A DNA stretch of 64,000 nucleotides, from positions 352,001-416,000 of the forward strand of contig CBDBGZ010000009.1 of assembly GCA_965205425.1 (NCBI GenBank), in the 5' to 3' direction. The translations under genes and the position numbers were made by a program. The number at the start of each line of letters is the position of its first letter. The first letter of the stretch is position 1. Source of the stretch: Nitrosopumilus sp. (GTDB lineage Archaea > Thermoproteota > Nitrososphaeria > Nitrososphaerales > Nitrosopumilaceae). Positions 17,065-28,265 of the stretch are shown in pieces. The notes under the pieces were generated by a model. That model did not search any database and was not told where the DNA came from. It saw nothing but the letters and a program-made list of their open reading frames with translations.

Positions 17065-20000
17065 CTATTTTTTCTTGCTTACTTGCATGTATAAGTCAAC
17101 AGTACCACTTCCAATTGGAATGTTACTACCAACAATTACATTTTCTGTAATACCTTTGAGTTGTTCAATTTCACCACCAAGTGCTGCATGTGCAATTGTT
17201 GGGACCGTAATTTCGAATGCTGCTCTAGCAAGAACACTGTCTTTAGTACCAGCAATTCCATGTCTACCAATTTGTTGCATGTAACCTCTAGAACACATCA
17301 AATCAGATACTAACATGATGTATCTATTATCAACTTCCAATCCTTGATCACCCAAAGTATGATTAAGTTCATCAATTAATGAATTTCTTGCAGCCTCAAT
17401 ACCCAAAGTTCCTGCAATTTCAAATACATTGTTTGTTCGGACATTCTTTTTGTCAATGCCTTTAACTTCAAGGACCTTTGCAACATTAGAACCAGTTGTT
17501 TGTATAACCCATTCATCATCTTTTTGAACCAATGTAACTCGTTCAACATCTGGAACTCCTTTAACAGTAGTATTGAGAACTTTATTTCTAATTGCAATTG
17601 CAGTTGCTGTATCAGCTTCATCTACCAAATTCAAGGTAATCAATTCGCCTACAATTTCCATCTTGAATTTTTTATTTGATGAAAGTGCTGCTTCTACTTC
17701 TGCAATAGAGCATCCTCTTTCTTTTAGTCTGTTAGTACTCATGATTAGTTTGATATTTGTAGAATAGTCGGTTTCAGTATCTGCAATTAGTGCACTTACC
17801 TTAGTTTGCAATACATTTCGTGCAACTTCGATTGCTTTTTCTCGAGATTTCTTTGATTCTTCATCAAGGTAAATATCCATAGTTGGGGTTACAGGTTTCT
17901 TTCTAGCATCTACTAGTTCAATTAATCTTGGAAGACCCAAGGTAACGTTTCTTTCTTTAATTCCTGCAAAGTGGAATGTTCTCAAAGTCATCTGAGTTCC
18001 GGGTTCCCCGATTGATTGTGCAGTAACAATTCCTACTGCTTGACCAGGTTCTACTTGGGCTTTGTTATAAAGTGAAAGTCCTTTCTTACATACTGCTTCA
18101 ACACCAGATTTACTCAAGTTGGATTTTTGTAAAGCTTCAGTTACGAGTTCAGTTAATCTTGGATTGAATGTCTTTGTATATTTTTTAGCAAGTGTGTCAA
18201 TTTCATCTTTAGTTGCTTTCTTTCCAGAGTCAATGATGGTTTGGGATTCAGCCAATCTACTTGCGTTAAATGCTTCACCATGATCACTTTTTTGTACATC
18301 AATTCCATCTTCACCATAAAGGAATTGAACAATATGTCCGTGAGGATCTCTTACTGTTCCATCATATTCTAATCTAATGTGTTCTAAAGCGTTAATCAAT
18401 CTACGCTGCATGTAACCACTCTGTTGTGTTCTAACTGCAGTATCTACAAGTCCTTCACGACCTCCCATTGCGTGGAAAAAGAATTCTAAAGCTGTAAGAC
18501 CAGTTCTGTAATTTGATTTTACAAATCCATGTGCATCAGGATTACTGTCATGTTCTTGATAATGTGTTAATGCACGATTACTGTAACCATCATTCATTCT
18601 ATTTCCTCTTCTTGATTGTTGCCCTAATGCACCTGCCATCTGACCTACGTTAAGTGCTGAACCTCTAGCACCAGTAGTAGCCATAATTTTTCCAGCATTA
18701 CTATCATCTAGAGAGTCATTTGCAGTATCACCTGCTTTCACTCTGGCTTTACCTAATTCGTTAACAATATAGGCCTCCAAAGCTTCTTCAGCCTTCATAC
18801 CTCTAGTTAGTTTGAGAGTTCCCTTCTTGTATTGATCAGTTAAATCAGCAACAACATCATAAGTTTCTTGAATATCACCTAGAATTTTCTCTACGTTCTT
18901 CTCTGGAACTTCAAGATCACCATATCCATAACTGAAACCATAGTGAGTGATGAATTGTTTTACCATAATTAGAATAGAGTTTAAGAAAGTTTTACCAGCT
19001 GCATTTCCATAGTCTTTGGTAATTCTGTGTAAGATACTTTCAGGTTCTTCAGCACCAATTGATGTTTTGTCAATTACACCGCTGATTAGTTCACCGTTTT
19101 TAATTACAACATCTTTTTCTGGACCTTTTGTTCCCTTTGACCATTTTGATGTAAGTACGTAATTGAAATCATTTGGAAGGAATAATGAGAATAATTGTTT
19201 TCCAGTATATGCAGATCCATCTTTTGTTTTAGTTCCAGGTTTTGGGAGGGCATCAGTGTATCCTCCAAGCATTGCATAGTTTGAAAATTCTTGTACAGAT
19301 AGTGTAGTGTCATCTTTAGTTAGAAGATATGCACCAGTTACAAAGTCTCTTAATGCTCCAATAATTGGACCACCATATCTTGGAGAGATTAATTGATCTT
19401 GAACTCTCATCAAAAGAATTGCTTCTGCTCGGGCTTCCTCACTTTGAGGAACGTGAAGATTCATTTCATCACCATCAAAGTCTGCGTTGTATGGTGGACA
19501 TACAGATGGATGCAATCTGAAAGTTTTACCTGGAAGTACTCTCACATAGTGAGCCATGATAGACATTTGGTGGAGTGATGGTTGTCTGTTAAACATGACA
19601 ATATCACCATCTGCAAGATGTCTTTCAATCAAGTATCCAATTTCAAGAGTTTCAGCAATTGTAGAACGGTCTTCTACGAAATCTAATCTAATCTTTACAC
19701 CATCGGGTCTAACGATATAGTTTACGCCTGGGAATTGTTCAGGTCCATTAATTACAAGTTTTCTCATTCTCTCAATATTCCATTCTGTAACAATTTCAGG
19801 AATAGTTAGTTTCATAGCGACTTGTTCAGGAACGCCAACTTCGGATAAATCCAAGTTAGGATCTGGTGAGATTACAGTTCTACTTGAAAAGTCAACTCTC
19901 TTCCCAGATAATGATCCTCTAAATCTACCTTCTTTCCCTTTCAATCTTTGAGTTAAGGTTTTGAGAGGACGTCCAGAACGATGGTGAGCTTGTGGAATTC

Positions 20001-20856
20001 CAGAAACTTCATTATCAAAATATGTTGTAGAGTGATATTGTAACAAGTCAACTAAATCTTGAACAATAAGTGGTGGAGTACCTGCTTCCTTACTTTCTTT
20101 TAGTCTTTGATTAACTCTAATAATATCTACCATTTTGTGTGTCAAATCATCTTCAGATCTAATTCCAGTTTCAAGAATAATAGAAGGTCTTACAGTTACT
20201 GGTGGAACAGGTAATGCTTGTAGAATAAACCATTCTGGTCTTGCAGTTATCGGATCATATGATAATAATTCTAAATCTTCATCAAGTATTTGTGAAAATC
20301 TTTCTCTAATTGTAATTGGTAGTAATCTATGTTCACCAATTTCAGTTTTCTCTACAAAGATAGTTGGTTTGGTAAAGACTAATTCGTATTGTGTTTTTCC
20401 ACAGTGTGGACATTCTTTTGCTTTTTTGGCTTTTTCAATAATTTGTTCTGGAATACGTTTTTGTGAAACTACGGTGTAAGCAGCATGTTTATCTTTAATT
20501 TTTTGAAATGCATTTAGATCTTCTTGAGGTACTTTGAGTCTTGCACAAGAACGACATGTTGATTGTAATAATTTGTAAATGTTATCAATAAAGGCAATGT
20601 GTAAAATCGGTTCTGCAAGTTCAATGTGTCCAAAGTGGCCAGGACATCTAGCGGCAGTATTTCCACATGTAAGACATTTTTGTCCAGGCTCTAGTGTTCC
20701 CAATCTTCCATCCATAAGACCTCCTTGAACTGGCATTCCATCTTCATCATATGTTTCAGGGGCAGTGATTTCTGCTACAGAATATTTTCTAATTTCAGTC
20801 GGAGACCATACTGAGAAACGAATTCCATCAATTGCTTTAATTGCTTGAACAGACAT
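17065..20856 (-). CDS. rpoA: DNA-directed RNA polymerase largest subunit (unsplit A'+A'')
   Basis: NADFDGDEMN catalytic motif; A'' region (GEPGTQMTLRTFH) in the same 1263-aa ORF. Confidence 0.97.
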   Translation of the reverse strand: MSVQAIKAIDGIRFSVWSPTEIRKYSVAEITAPETYDEDGMPVQGGLMDGRLGTLEPGQKCLTCGNTAARCPGHFGHIELAEPILHIAFIDNIYKLLQSTCRSCARLKVPQEDLNAFQKIKDKHAAYTVVSQKRIPEQIIEKAKKAKECPHCGKTQYELVFTKPTIFVEKTEIGEHRLLPITIRERFSQILDEDLELLSYDPITARPEWFILQALPVPPVTVRPSIILETGIRSEDDLTHKMVDIIRVNQRLKESKEAGTPPLIVQDLVDLLQYHSTTYFDNEVSGIPQAHHRSGRPLKTLTQRLKGKEGRFRGSLSGKRVDFSSRTVISPDPNLDLSEVGVPEQVAMKLTIPEIVTEWNIERMRKLVINGPEQFPGVNYIVRPDGVKIRLDFVEDRSTIAETLEIGYLIERHLADGDIVMFNRQPSLHQMSIMAHYVRVLPGKTFRLHPSVCPPYNADFDGDEMNLHVPQSEEARAEAILLMRVQDQLISPRYGGPIIGALRDFVTGAYLLTKDDTTLSVQEFSNYAMLGGYTDALPKPGTKTKDGSAYTGKQLFSLFLPNDFNYVLTSKWSKGTKGPEKDVVIKNGELISGVIDKTSIGAEEPESILHRITKDYGNAAGKTFLNSILIMVKQFITHYGFSYGYGDLEVPEKNVEKILGDIQETYDVVADLTDQYKKGTLKLTRGMKAEEALEAYIVNELGKARVKAGDTANDSLDDSNAGKIMATTGARGSALNVGQMAGALGQQSRRGNRMNDGYSNRALTHYQEHDSNPDAHGFVKSNYRTGLTALEFFFHAMGGREGLVDTAVRTQQSGYMQRRLINALEHIRLEYDGTVRDPHGHIVQFLYGEDGIDVQKSDHGEAFNASRLAESQTIIDSGKKATKDEIDTLAKKYTKTFNPRLTELVTEALQKSNLSKSGVEAVCKKGLSLYNKAQVEPGQAVGIVTAQSIGEPGTQMTLRTFHFAGIKERNVTLGLPRLIELVDARKKPVTPTMDIYLDEESKKSREKAIEVARNVLQTKVSALIADTETDYSTNIKLIMSTNRLKERGCSIAEVEAALSSNKKFKMEIVGELITLNLVDEADTATAIAIRNKVLNTTVKGVPDVERVTLVQKDDEWVIQTTGSNVAKVLEVKGIDKKNVRTNNVFEIAGTLGIEAARNSLIDELNHTLGDQGLEVDNRYIMLVSDLMCSRGYMQQIGRHGIAGTKDSVLARAAFEITVPTIAHAALGGEIEQLKGITENVIVGSNIPIGSGTVDLYMQVSKKK

Positions 20857-20858
20857 CT

Positions 20859-23800
20859 CTAGATTTTCTCCTTGATTAACAATCTTGGTGCAACGTTAAG
20901 GCTCTGCATTTCTTGTAAGAGTAGTTTGAATGCATAAGCTACAGATACAGAAGATACTTTGGCTTTATCACCACAAACTCTGCAAACGTATTTTCTTTGT
21001 TTAACATCATGATATGCTACTAATCCACACCTCTCACATACAAAAATATCAGATTTGTCAGACTCGTCTAACAATCTATCTTTAAGAATCATAGAAGCAC
21101 CATATGCAATCAAACAATCTCTTTCCATCTCACCAAATCTTAATCCACCACCTCTTGCTCTTCCTTCAGTTGGTTGTTTAGTTAACATCTGAACTTGTCC
21201 ACGAGCCCTTGCATGGATTTTGTCTGCAACCATATGATGAAGTTTTTGATAATATACAACTCCAATGAAAACTTCCACTGGGAATGATTTACCAGTTCTT
21301 CCATCATACATTATTTCTTTACCAGAATATTCAAAACCATGTGCATCCATTACTTCTTTAACTTCAGGCATTTTTTCACCGACAAATGCTGAACCATCAA
21401 ATCTTTTTCCTCGTAATGCAGCTGCTTTACCACAAACAGATTCCATCATCATTCCAACTGTCATTCTTGAAGGGAATGCATGCGGATTAATCAAAACATC
21501 AGGAGACATTCCACTTGCAGTATATGGTAAATCTTCTGCTTTAGCTAAAATTCCAAGTACACCTTTTTGTCCGTGTCTGGATGCAAATTTATCTCCAATT
21601 TCAGGAATTCTCATATCTCTGGCTCTAATTTTATACATTTTTCCCCCTTCATTTGATTGAGTCATAACTACAGTATCAATAACTCCAGTTTCAGAAGGTC
21701 TTACACCAATTGATGTATCTCGTCTGTATGGACCAGAAGATTCGAACTCTCTATACTCTTCCATAAATCTTGGAGGACTAGTTTTTCCAATTAAAATATC
21801 TCCACCTTTAACTGGAGCTTCAGATGCAACTACTCCATCATCTTCAAGTAATCTGTATGCTCGTTCACCTTTGTAACCTCTAATATTATCTTCAGCGTTT
21901 GGAATTTCAAAGCTATCACGCATTCCACCAGGATATTGTTTTGCTTCAGCATCATAAATTCTAAAGAAGAAAGTTCTACCTAATCCTCTATCAACAGATG
22001 CTTTACTTAGAACTATTGCATCTTCAATATTGTAACCGTCAAATGGTAATACTGCAACAACACAATTCTGACCAGCAGGTCTATCTTCTAATCCTAAAAG
22101 CTTCATTGCTTTTGTATTAACAATTGGAACTTGTGGATATAGCATAAAGTGTTGTCTAACATATGTACTGGTATTCATCATAGGAGTAGAAAATCCTAAA
22201 CTTTGTTTTGCCATTGCAGATTCGTATGTATTTCTTGGAGATTGATTATGTTCAGGATATGGAATGATTGAAGCTCCTGCACCTAAAATTGATGGTGGGA
22301 AAACTTCCAAGTGAGTATGTTTCTTTGCATCTTTTTCATCCAAAGTAACATAACAGTTTTCTTCTTCATTGGCATCAATCATTTCTAAGATACCCATTCT
22401 CAAAAGATCAGTCCAAGAAAGTAATTTCTTTGAAATTTTATCTAGTAATTCTGTAGTTAACAATGGTTTGTTATCTTTGATAATAATTAATGGACGTAGT
22501 ACTCTACCGGCATTACAATTAACATACAATCTTCTAGTTGAACCTTCAATCTCAGATTTATGGAATGACACTCCAACATGAGGATGAATCTTTGAATTTC
22601 TTCTAAGTTCTCTAAGGGATAGTGCTAACTCTCCTCCAGCTTTGTAATATCCAATTAATCTTCCATCAACAAATATTCTAGTTCCATCTTTTTTCAAATC
22701 TTCTTTTGCATCAAAGAAATGAACTGTTCCAAGATCATAGAGTTTTTCTACAATTTCTTCAGATGGTACATTTACTGAAATAATTCCAGATAGAGCCAAG
22801 TTTTTGACTAAACCACAGTTAGAACCTTCTGGGGTTTCACTAGGACATATTCTTCCAAAGTGAGTGGCGTGCAAATCTCTTGCCTCAAAGTTTGGTTGAG
22901 TTCTACTTAATGGGGATTGAATTCTTCTAAGATGGCTGATTGTTGAGAGGTAATTTGTTCTATCAAGTAATTGAGTAACACCCACTCTACCTCGTCCCCA
23001 GTTTCCGGTTGCAATTGCATTGTTTAATTTATCAGTAATAATTCCAGGACGAATTGCTGCAGCAACTGCATTAATTCCACGTTTTTGGCCTGAACGTTCT
23101 AATTGATATTTCATATCTCTAACCAAATTTCTAAATGCAGTTCTGAACAAATCTGCCAACATTTGTCCTGCAAATTTGATTACTTTGTTTCCATAATGAT
23201 CTTTATCATCAGGAGTAATCCAACCAAGTTTTAGTTCTAATAATTTACAAGCTGCTTCACCTAAGAATTGTGCTTTTTCTTTTCTATTTTCTGGATGTTT
23301 TCCTAAATGAGGTAATAGGCCCCAATCAAGTAAAGTTTCAGCGCGTTTAATTTGGAATTCCTCTAACATTCCAGGTGCAATTCTTTTACTGATATAGACA
23401 ATAGCGTCTTTTGATGTTGGAACATCACCTGCTTTTTCAAAAGAGCCTTCTAATTCATCTTGGATATCATCAACTAATGAAACTACAGATGCGATTTCTC
23501 TATCAGATTCCAATCCGAGTGCTCTCATTAATGTAACAACAGGGATATCTACAGGAGAACCAGGAATTCTAGCTACAATCAAACCATCATTTTTCATAAC
23601 AAGTTCCAATTTTGCACGATAGCCAACAATTGAAGAATATACTTTAGCTTTGAAAACAATATTACCACCAACAGTTTCTCTATCAACAATTATTTTGTTG
23701 TAAGAAAGATCTTCTAATCCAACAATTACACGTTCTGAACCATTGATGATAAAGTAACCACCAGGATCTTGTGGATCTTCTCCATGTTCAACTAATTTTT

Positions 23801-24206
23801 GAGAAGAGAAATTATGTAAAATACATGCATTTGATTTTGCCATAACTGGTACATCTCCAATATGTACAAATCTAGATTCTAAAATTTTTCCATCTTCGAC
23901 AACACTGGCTTCCATCATTACTGGTGCAGAATAAGAAACATTTCTCAATCTTGCTTCAGCTGGTGTGATATGAGTGATAGAACCATCAAGTTCCATCATT
24001 CTTGGTTGTTGAAGTTTTACTTTACCTAGTTGAATCTTGTAAGGATATTCAGCATTTTCAATATCAATCTGTCCAACTTCATTAATGATACTTTGAAGTC
24101 CTCGTTCTAAAAATTCATCAAATGAGTTTAGATGTTGACGTGCAATACCTTCACGTTTTAGAATATCTTGAATTACTGGCCATCGTTTAGTTGAAGAATC
24201 TACCAT
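20859..24206 (-). CDS. rpoB: DNA-directed RNA polymerase subunit B (unsplit)
   Basis: GDKFASRHGQKG, GGLRFGEMERDC, C-terminal Zn ribbon. Confidence 0.97.
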   Translation of the reverse strand: MVDSSTKRWPVIQDILKREGIARQHLNSFDEFLERGLQSIINEVGQIDIENAEYPYKIQLGKVKLQQPRMMELDGSITHITPAEARLRNVSYSAPVMMEASVVEDGKILESRFVHIGDVPVMAKSNACILHNFSSQKLVEHGEDPQDPGGYFIINGSERVIVGLEDLSYNKIIVDRETVGGNIVFKAKVYSSIVGYRAKLELVMKNDGLIVARIPGSPVDIPVVTLMRALGLESDREIASVVSLVDDIQDELEGSFEKAGDVPTSKDAIVYISKRIAPGMLEEFQIKRAETLLDWGLLPHLGKHPENRKEKAQFLGEAACKLLELKLGWITPDDKDHYGNKVIKFAGQMLADLFRTAFRNLVRDMKYQLERSGQKRGINAVAAAIRPGIITDKLNNAIATGNWGRGRVGVTQLLDRTNYLSTISHLRRIQSPLSRTQPNFEARDLHATHFGRICPSETPEGSNCGLVKNLALSGIISVNVPSEEIVEKLYDLGTVHFFDAKEDLKKDGTRIFVDGRLIGYYKAGGELALSLRELRRNSKIHPHVGVSFHKSEIEGSTRRLYVNCNAGRVLRPLIIIKDNKPLLTTELLDKISKKLLSWTDLLRMGILEMIDANEEENCYVTLDEKDAKKHTHLEVFPPSILGAGASIIPYPEHNQSPRNTYESAMAKQSLGFSTPMMNTSTYVRQHFMLYPQVPIVNTKAMKLLGLEDRPAGQNCVVAVLPFDGYNIEDAIVLSKASVDRGLGRTFFFRIYDAEAKQYPGGMRDSFEIPNAEDNIRGYKGERAYRLLEDDGVVASEAPVKGGDILIGKTSPPRFMEEYREFESSGPYRRDTSIGVRPSETGVIDTVVMTQSNEGGKMYKIRARDMRIPEIGDKFASRHGQKGVLGILAKAEDLPYTASGMSPDVLINPHAFPSRMTVGMMMESVCGKAAALRGKRFDGSAFVGEKMPEVKEVMDAHGFEYSGKEIMYDGRTGKSFPVEVFIGVVYYQKLHHMVADKIHARARGQVQMLTKQPTEGRARGGGLRFGEMERDCLIAYGASMILKDRLLDESDKSDIFVCERCGLVAYHDVKQRKYVCRVCGDKAKVSSVSVAYAFKLLLQEMQSLNVAPRLLIKEKI

Positions 24207-24458
24207 TTAGATTTCCACCACATATCGATAATAGAGACTTTCGCCAGCAGTTGGACTTTTTCTTGTGATTTTAATCATATCACCAGGTTTTACACCAAGT
24301 CCCAAAATTGCAGGATCATTTACAAAGATTAATGGTAATTCAGTTGGTTTACAATTGTATTTTTTTAAAACTTCTTCAGCTTCTTGTTTAGGAATAATTT
24401 CATGCTTTGGAACATAAACGTGATCAGGTACTAGGACTTGATTTTTCTTAGTCGCCAT
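24207..24458 (-). CDS. rpoH: DNA-directed RNA polymerase subunit H
   Basis: HVYVPKHEII, LPLI...DPA, RKSPTAG...YYRYVV. Confidence 0.96.
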   Translation of the reverse strand: MATKKNQVLVPDHVYVPKHEIIPKQEAEEVLKKYNCKPTELPLIFVNDPAILGLGVKPGDMIKITRKSPTAGESLYYRYVVEI

Positions 24459-24637
24459 TTAGAATACCCCCATATCGAACATTAAATGTAACACTAATGA
24501 AAACACACAAACTGTCAAAAATTCACGCTCGGGTTAATATATATGTAATTTGAATGTCGATGAAAAACTGTCTTTTTTCTATTTTGTCAACATAATTTTT
24601 CACAACCTTAAATAGTATAAATTTAGGCGTAAAAATA

Positions 24638-25471
24638 ATGAAATCTCATCTAGCGGTGTTTGCCTTATCTGCAATATTATTTGCAAGTATTGGTATGGCA
24701 CCAGCATTTGGGCAAATACAAAGTTCGGTTGTTGTTACTACAGACAAATCATCATATTCAGAAGGTGATACAATCCTAGTAACAGGCGAAGTAAAAGATC
24801 TGTATGGTGTTCCAGTGAGTGTAATAGTTACATCTTCTAATGGAAGTATTGTAGCAATTGCACAAGTAGCAGTTGGTGCTGATAAAAAATTCAGTACTGA
24901 AATTACTGCCGGTGGAACAATGAAACAAGAAGGAACATACACCGTTACAGTTCAATATGTAAATGAAAATCGAACAGCAGAAACAACATTTGATTTTGGT
25001 GGATCTACTACAGTAACTCCACCAACCGAGAAACCTTCCGAGGTTACTGATACAACTGTATCAGTTCAAGGTTCAAGTGATTTGATTGGATATGAAATTA
25101 CAGGCGGAAAACTACTCAGTATTATGCCTGATGTGGATGCAAATTCACTCATTATTTCAATCGATGCTGCAAGCGATGGTTCATTGACCCTCACAATCCC
25201 TAGATCTGTGTTGGATGCAACAATTAATGGCGAAGATGATGACTTTTTCGTCTTAATTGATGGAGAAGAAGTAGACTTTGATGAATCAACAACATCAACA
25301 GATAGAATTCTCACCATAGCATTCCCAGTAGGGGCTGAAGAGATCGAAATAATTGGAACATTTGTAGTCCCAGAATTTGGTACAATAGCAGCTATGATTC
25401 TAGCAGTAGCAATTATCTCAATAATTGCAGTATCTGCAAAATCAAAACTTAGTATTATACCAAGATACTAA
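24638..25471 (+). CDS. PEFG-CTERM sorting-domain surface protein
   Basis: Signal peptide; C-terminal VPEFG plus TM helix and basic tail. Confidence 0.9.
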   Translation: MKSHLAVFALSAILFASIGMAPAFGQIQSSVVVTTDKSSYSEGDTILVTGEVKDLYGVPVSVIVTSSNGSIVAIAQVAVGADKKFSTEITAGGTMKQEGTYTVTVQYVNENRTAETTFDFGGSTTVTPPTEKPSEVTDTTVSVQGSSDLIGYEITGGKLLSIMPDVDANSLIISIDAASDGSLTLTIPRSVLDATINGEDDDFFVLIDGEEVDFDESTTSTDRILTIAFPVGAEEIEIIGTFVVPEFGTIAAMILAVAIISIIAVSAKSKLSIIPRY

Positions 25472-25532
25472 ATTTCATCTTTTTTCTCTTTTTAAATATA
25501 CATAAATAGCAATAATGCTGGGTGAAAATAGG

Positions 25533-26396
25533 ATGAATTCTAAACGTTCTACGATATCAATGGCAATAGCCCTTATGGCACTGTCATTAATTTCAACGGC
25601 TTTCATTCAACAAGATGCTTTTGCTCAAACTCTTGGAATGTCCATTACAGCAACAGCTGATAAAGGATCAGATACAATTACTGTCACAGGTAAAACAATT
25701 TCAGACATCACAGATGTTACATTTACTGTAACATCCCCAAGTGGAAATAACGTGGTAGATCTTGGTCAAGTATCACCAGATGAGAATGGAGAATTTGTAA
25801 AAGTGTTCAAAGTTGGACCAACATGGTCTGAGGATGGATTTTACGATATTCAAGCAATGCAAGGAATAGGTGCTAACTCATTATACACACTAAATGTTCT
25901 TGTTGAAGTAGCAAACGGTATGACTGAAAGAACGTCTGTAACTGAATCTAATTTAGAAACAGGAATTTTCACACCAAATGAAAACAATGTTGCAACAGAT
26001 GCAGGAATTATGCTTGATGCTATTGTCATCGAGAATGGTTCCACAATGTTTGAAGTAACTGGAAAAACAGATAGAGTCAGTCAAGATATTACATTAACTG
26101 TAACTGCACCAAATGGAAATGTAGTAACAATTGATCAAATATCACCAATGCTTGATGGAGAATTTGCTGCCGAAATTGCAGTAGGAGGATCATTATGGAA
26201 ACAAGATGGTTTTTACACTGTAACGATACGACAATTTGACGATCCAAAATATACTGCTTCAACTGAAGTAGATATCTTAGACGGAGTTGTAGTACCAGAA
26301 TTTGGTACAATAGCAGCCATGATTCTAGCAGTAGCAATTATCTCAATAATTGCAGTATCTGCAAAATCAAGACTAAGCATTATACCAAGATACTAA
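25533..26396 (+). CDS. PEFG-CTERM sorting-domain surface protein
   Basis: Signal peptide; VPEFG-TM tail. Confidence 0.9.
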   Translation: MNSKRSTISMAIALMALSLISTAFIQQDAFAQTLGMSITATADKGSDTITVTGKTISDITDVTFTVTSPSGNNVVDLGQVSPDENGEFVKVFKVGPTWSEDGFYDIQAMQGIGANSLYTLNVLVEVANGMTERTSVTESNLETGIFTPNENNVATDAGIMLDAIVIENGSTMFEVTGKTDRVSQDITLTVTAPNGNVVTIDQISPMLDGEFAAEIAVGGSLWKQDGFYTVTIRQFDDPKYTASTEVDILDGVVVPEFGTIAAMILAVAIISIIAVSAKSRLSIIPRY

Positions 26397-26461
26397 AAGT
26401 CACACAACTTTTTTCTCTTTTTAAATATACATAAATAGAGACAGGTGCAAATCGCAACAAG

Positions 26462-27382
26462 ATGAACAACCGTACGTCGTTCGCGCTACTAGTCTTATTG
26501 ACTGCAGTCGGTACTTTAACCGTGTCAACAGCATATGCTGAACATCACGAAAGTGGTGAACATGTGGAAGATCATTCAGATTTCCCAGCAGCATGTGTAG
26601 GATGCTCCATGGAGGATGCAAGAGCAGCAGCAGCACAAATGTTGCTTGAGGATACCCCAGTATCTGTTTGGACAGACAAAACAGATTATGGACACAGTGA
26701 CATGATTATGGTAGAAGGCCAAGTAGCAAATGTAGCTTCTGGATTTCCAGTTACAGTAACTGTTGTTAGTCCCTTAAACTCCATCGTTACAATTGATCAA
26801 TTAGTTGTAGCAGAAGATGGTAGTTTTGAGACAACACTAAACACAGCAGGTGCTATGTGGAAATACGACGGTACCTACACCATTAAAGTAAACTATGGTA
26901 GTACTGAAAAAAGTAACAGTGCAAAAGTTGAACTAACTGGTGGAGTTGAATATACACCAATCTACACAACACCAAACAACAACAAACAATGTGGTGCTAA
27001 TGAAATAACTGCAAGTGGTCAATGTATACCATTTACAATTTCAGGTGGAATGATTACTGGTGCAACTCTCAATACTAATGATAATTCAATTGTCATTAGC
27101 ATCAACGCTGAAGATGACGGAACACTAACAGTAACCCCATCAAAAACAGTCCAAGACGGTATCTTCATGGTACTAGTTGACGGAGAAGAATGGGATGATG
27201 TTGAAATTGCTACAAATAAAGTAACAGTAATGTTCCCAGCAGGCGCTGAAACAATTGAAATAATCGGTACCTTTGTGATTCCAGAGTTTGGTACAATAGC
27301 AGCCATGATTCTAGCAGTAGCAATTATCTCAATAATTGCAGTATCTGCAAAATCAAGACTAAGCATTATACCAAGATACTAA
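26462..27382 (+). CDS. PEFG-CTERM surface protein with His-rich/CxxC N-terminus
   Basis: Signal peptide; EHHESGEHVEDH and CVGC; IPEFG-TM tail. Confidence 0.9.
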   Translation: MNNRTSFALLVLLTAVGTLTVSTAYAEHHESGEHVEDHSDFPAACVGCSMEDARAAAAQMLLEDTPVSVWTDKTDYGHSDMIMVEGQVANVASGFPVTVTVVSPLNSIVTIDQLVVAEDGSFETTLNTAGAMWKYDGTYTIKVNYGSTEKSNSAKVELTGGVEYTPIYTTPNNNKQCGANEITASGQCIPFTISGGMITGATLNTNDNSIVISINAEDDGTLTVTPSKTVQDGIFMVLVDGEEWDDVEIATNKVTVMFPAGAETIEIIGTFVIPEFGTIAAMILAVAIISIIAVSAKSRLSIIPRY

Positions 27383-27455
27383 AAGTCACACAACTTTTTT
27401 CATTTTTTCATTTTTTAATAGTAAAGGAAATATACAAACGAGTATTGAAAAGTTT

Positions 27456-28265
27456 GTGGGTTTAAGAATATTTTATGGTTTTATTTTATTATTGATGATT
27501 TCCACTGGAACAGTTTTTGCTCAAGAATCTCCAATTTCTGTTCAAACAGATGATAATCATTATGATGAAGGAGATACAATTGTAATTTCAGGAAAAGTGA
27601 ATGTGCCCATAGAAGGAGTAAATGTCGTATTACAATTATTTACAGAAGGAAACATGGTAGAAATTGCACAAATTACGGTTGCGCAAGATGGAAGTTATTC
27701 ATACACAGTACTTGCAGAAGGTCCTCTATGGAAAAAATCAGGTACGTATTTGGTAAAGGCTTCATATGAAGTTGGGGGAGGAACTTCGGTAGAATCCGAA
27801 TTCAATTATTCTCCAAAATCAGAAATAATTGCAACAACAACGAATTTTGAAGTGGATGCAGGAAACCATGGAACATTTGATGTAGAGTATACCATTCAAG
27901 GAGGTACACTAAAAAACATAGTAGTAGATTCTGATATTTTTGCATTAATAGCTCAAATTGATGCTACAGATGAAGGAAAAATCACATTAGACTTACCAAG
28001 AGAATTCATAGGTGCTGAAAAACAAGATGGGAAAGATGACACATTCATTGTACTAATAGATGGAATTGAAGTTGCGTATGAAGAATCAGTAGTACTATCA
28101 GATACCAGAGTGATAACAATTAATTTTGAACAAGGAGATTCAGATATAGAAATAATTGGAACGTATGTGGTTCCAGAATTTGGAACTGTTGTTATGGCAG
28201 TATTGATCATTGGAATAATGAGCACCATATTAATTTCACGAAACAAAATAGGAATTAGAATTTAA
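27456..28265 (+). CDS. PEFG-CTERM sorting-domain surface protein
   Basis: Signal peptide; VPEFG-TM tail, more divergent than the other three. Confidence 0.88.
   Translation: MGLRIFYGFILLLMISTGTVFAQESPISVQTDDNHYDEGDTIVISGKVNVPIEGVNVVLQLFTEGNMVEIAQITVAQDGSYSYTVLAEGPLWKKSGTYLVKASYEVGGGTSVESEFNYSPKSEIIATTTNFEVDAGNHGTFDVEYTIQGGTLKNIVVDSDIFALIAQIDATDEGKITLDLPREFIGAEKQDGKDDTFIVLIDGIEVAYEESVVLSDTRVITINFEQGDSDIEIIGTYVVPEFGTVVMAVLIIGIMSTILISRNKIGIRI

Noticed and set aside
17065..24206. Unsplit rpoA and rpoB as a novelty
   Set aside because: Expected for Thaumarchaeota; useful only as a taxonomic marker.
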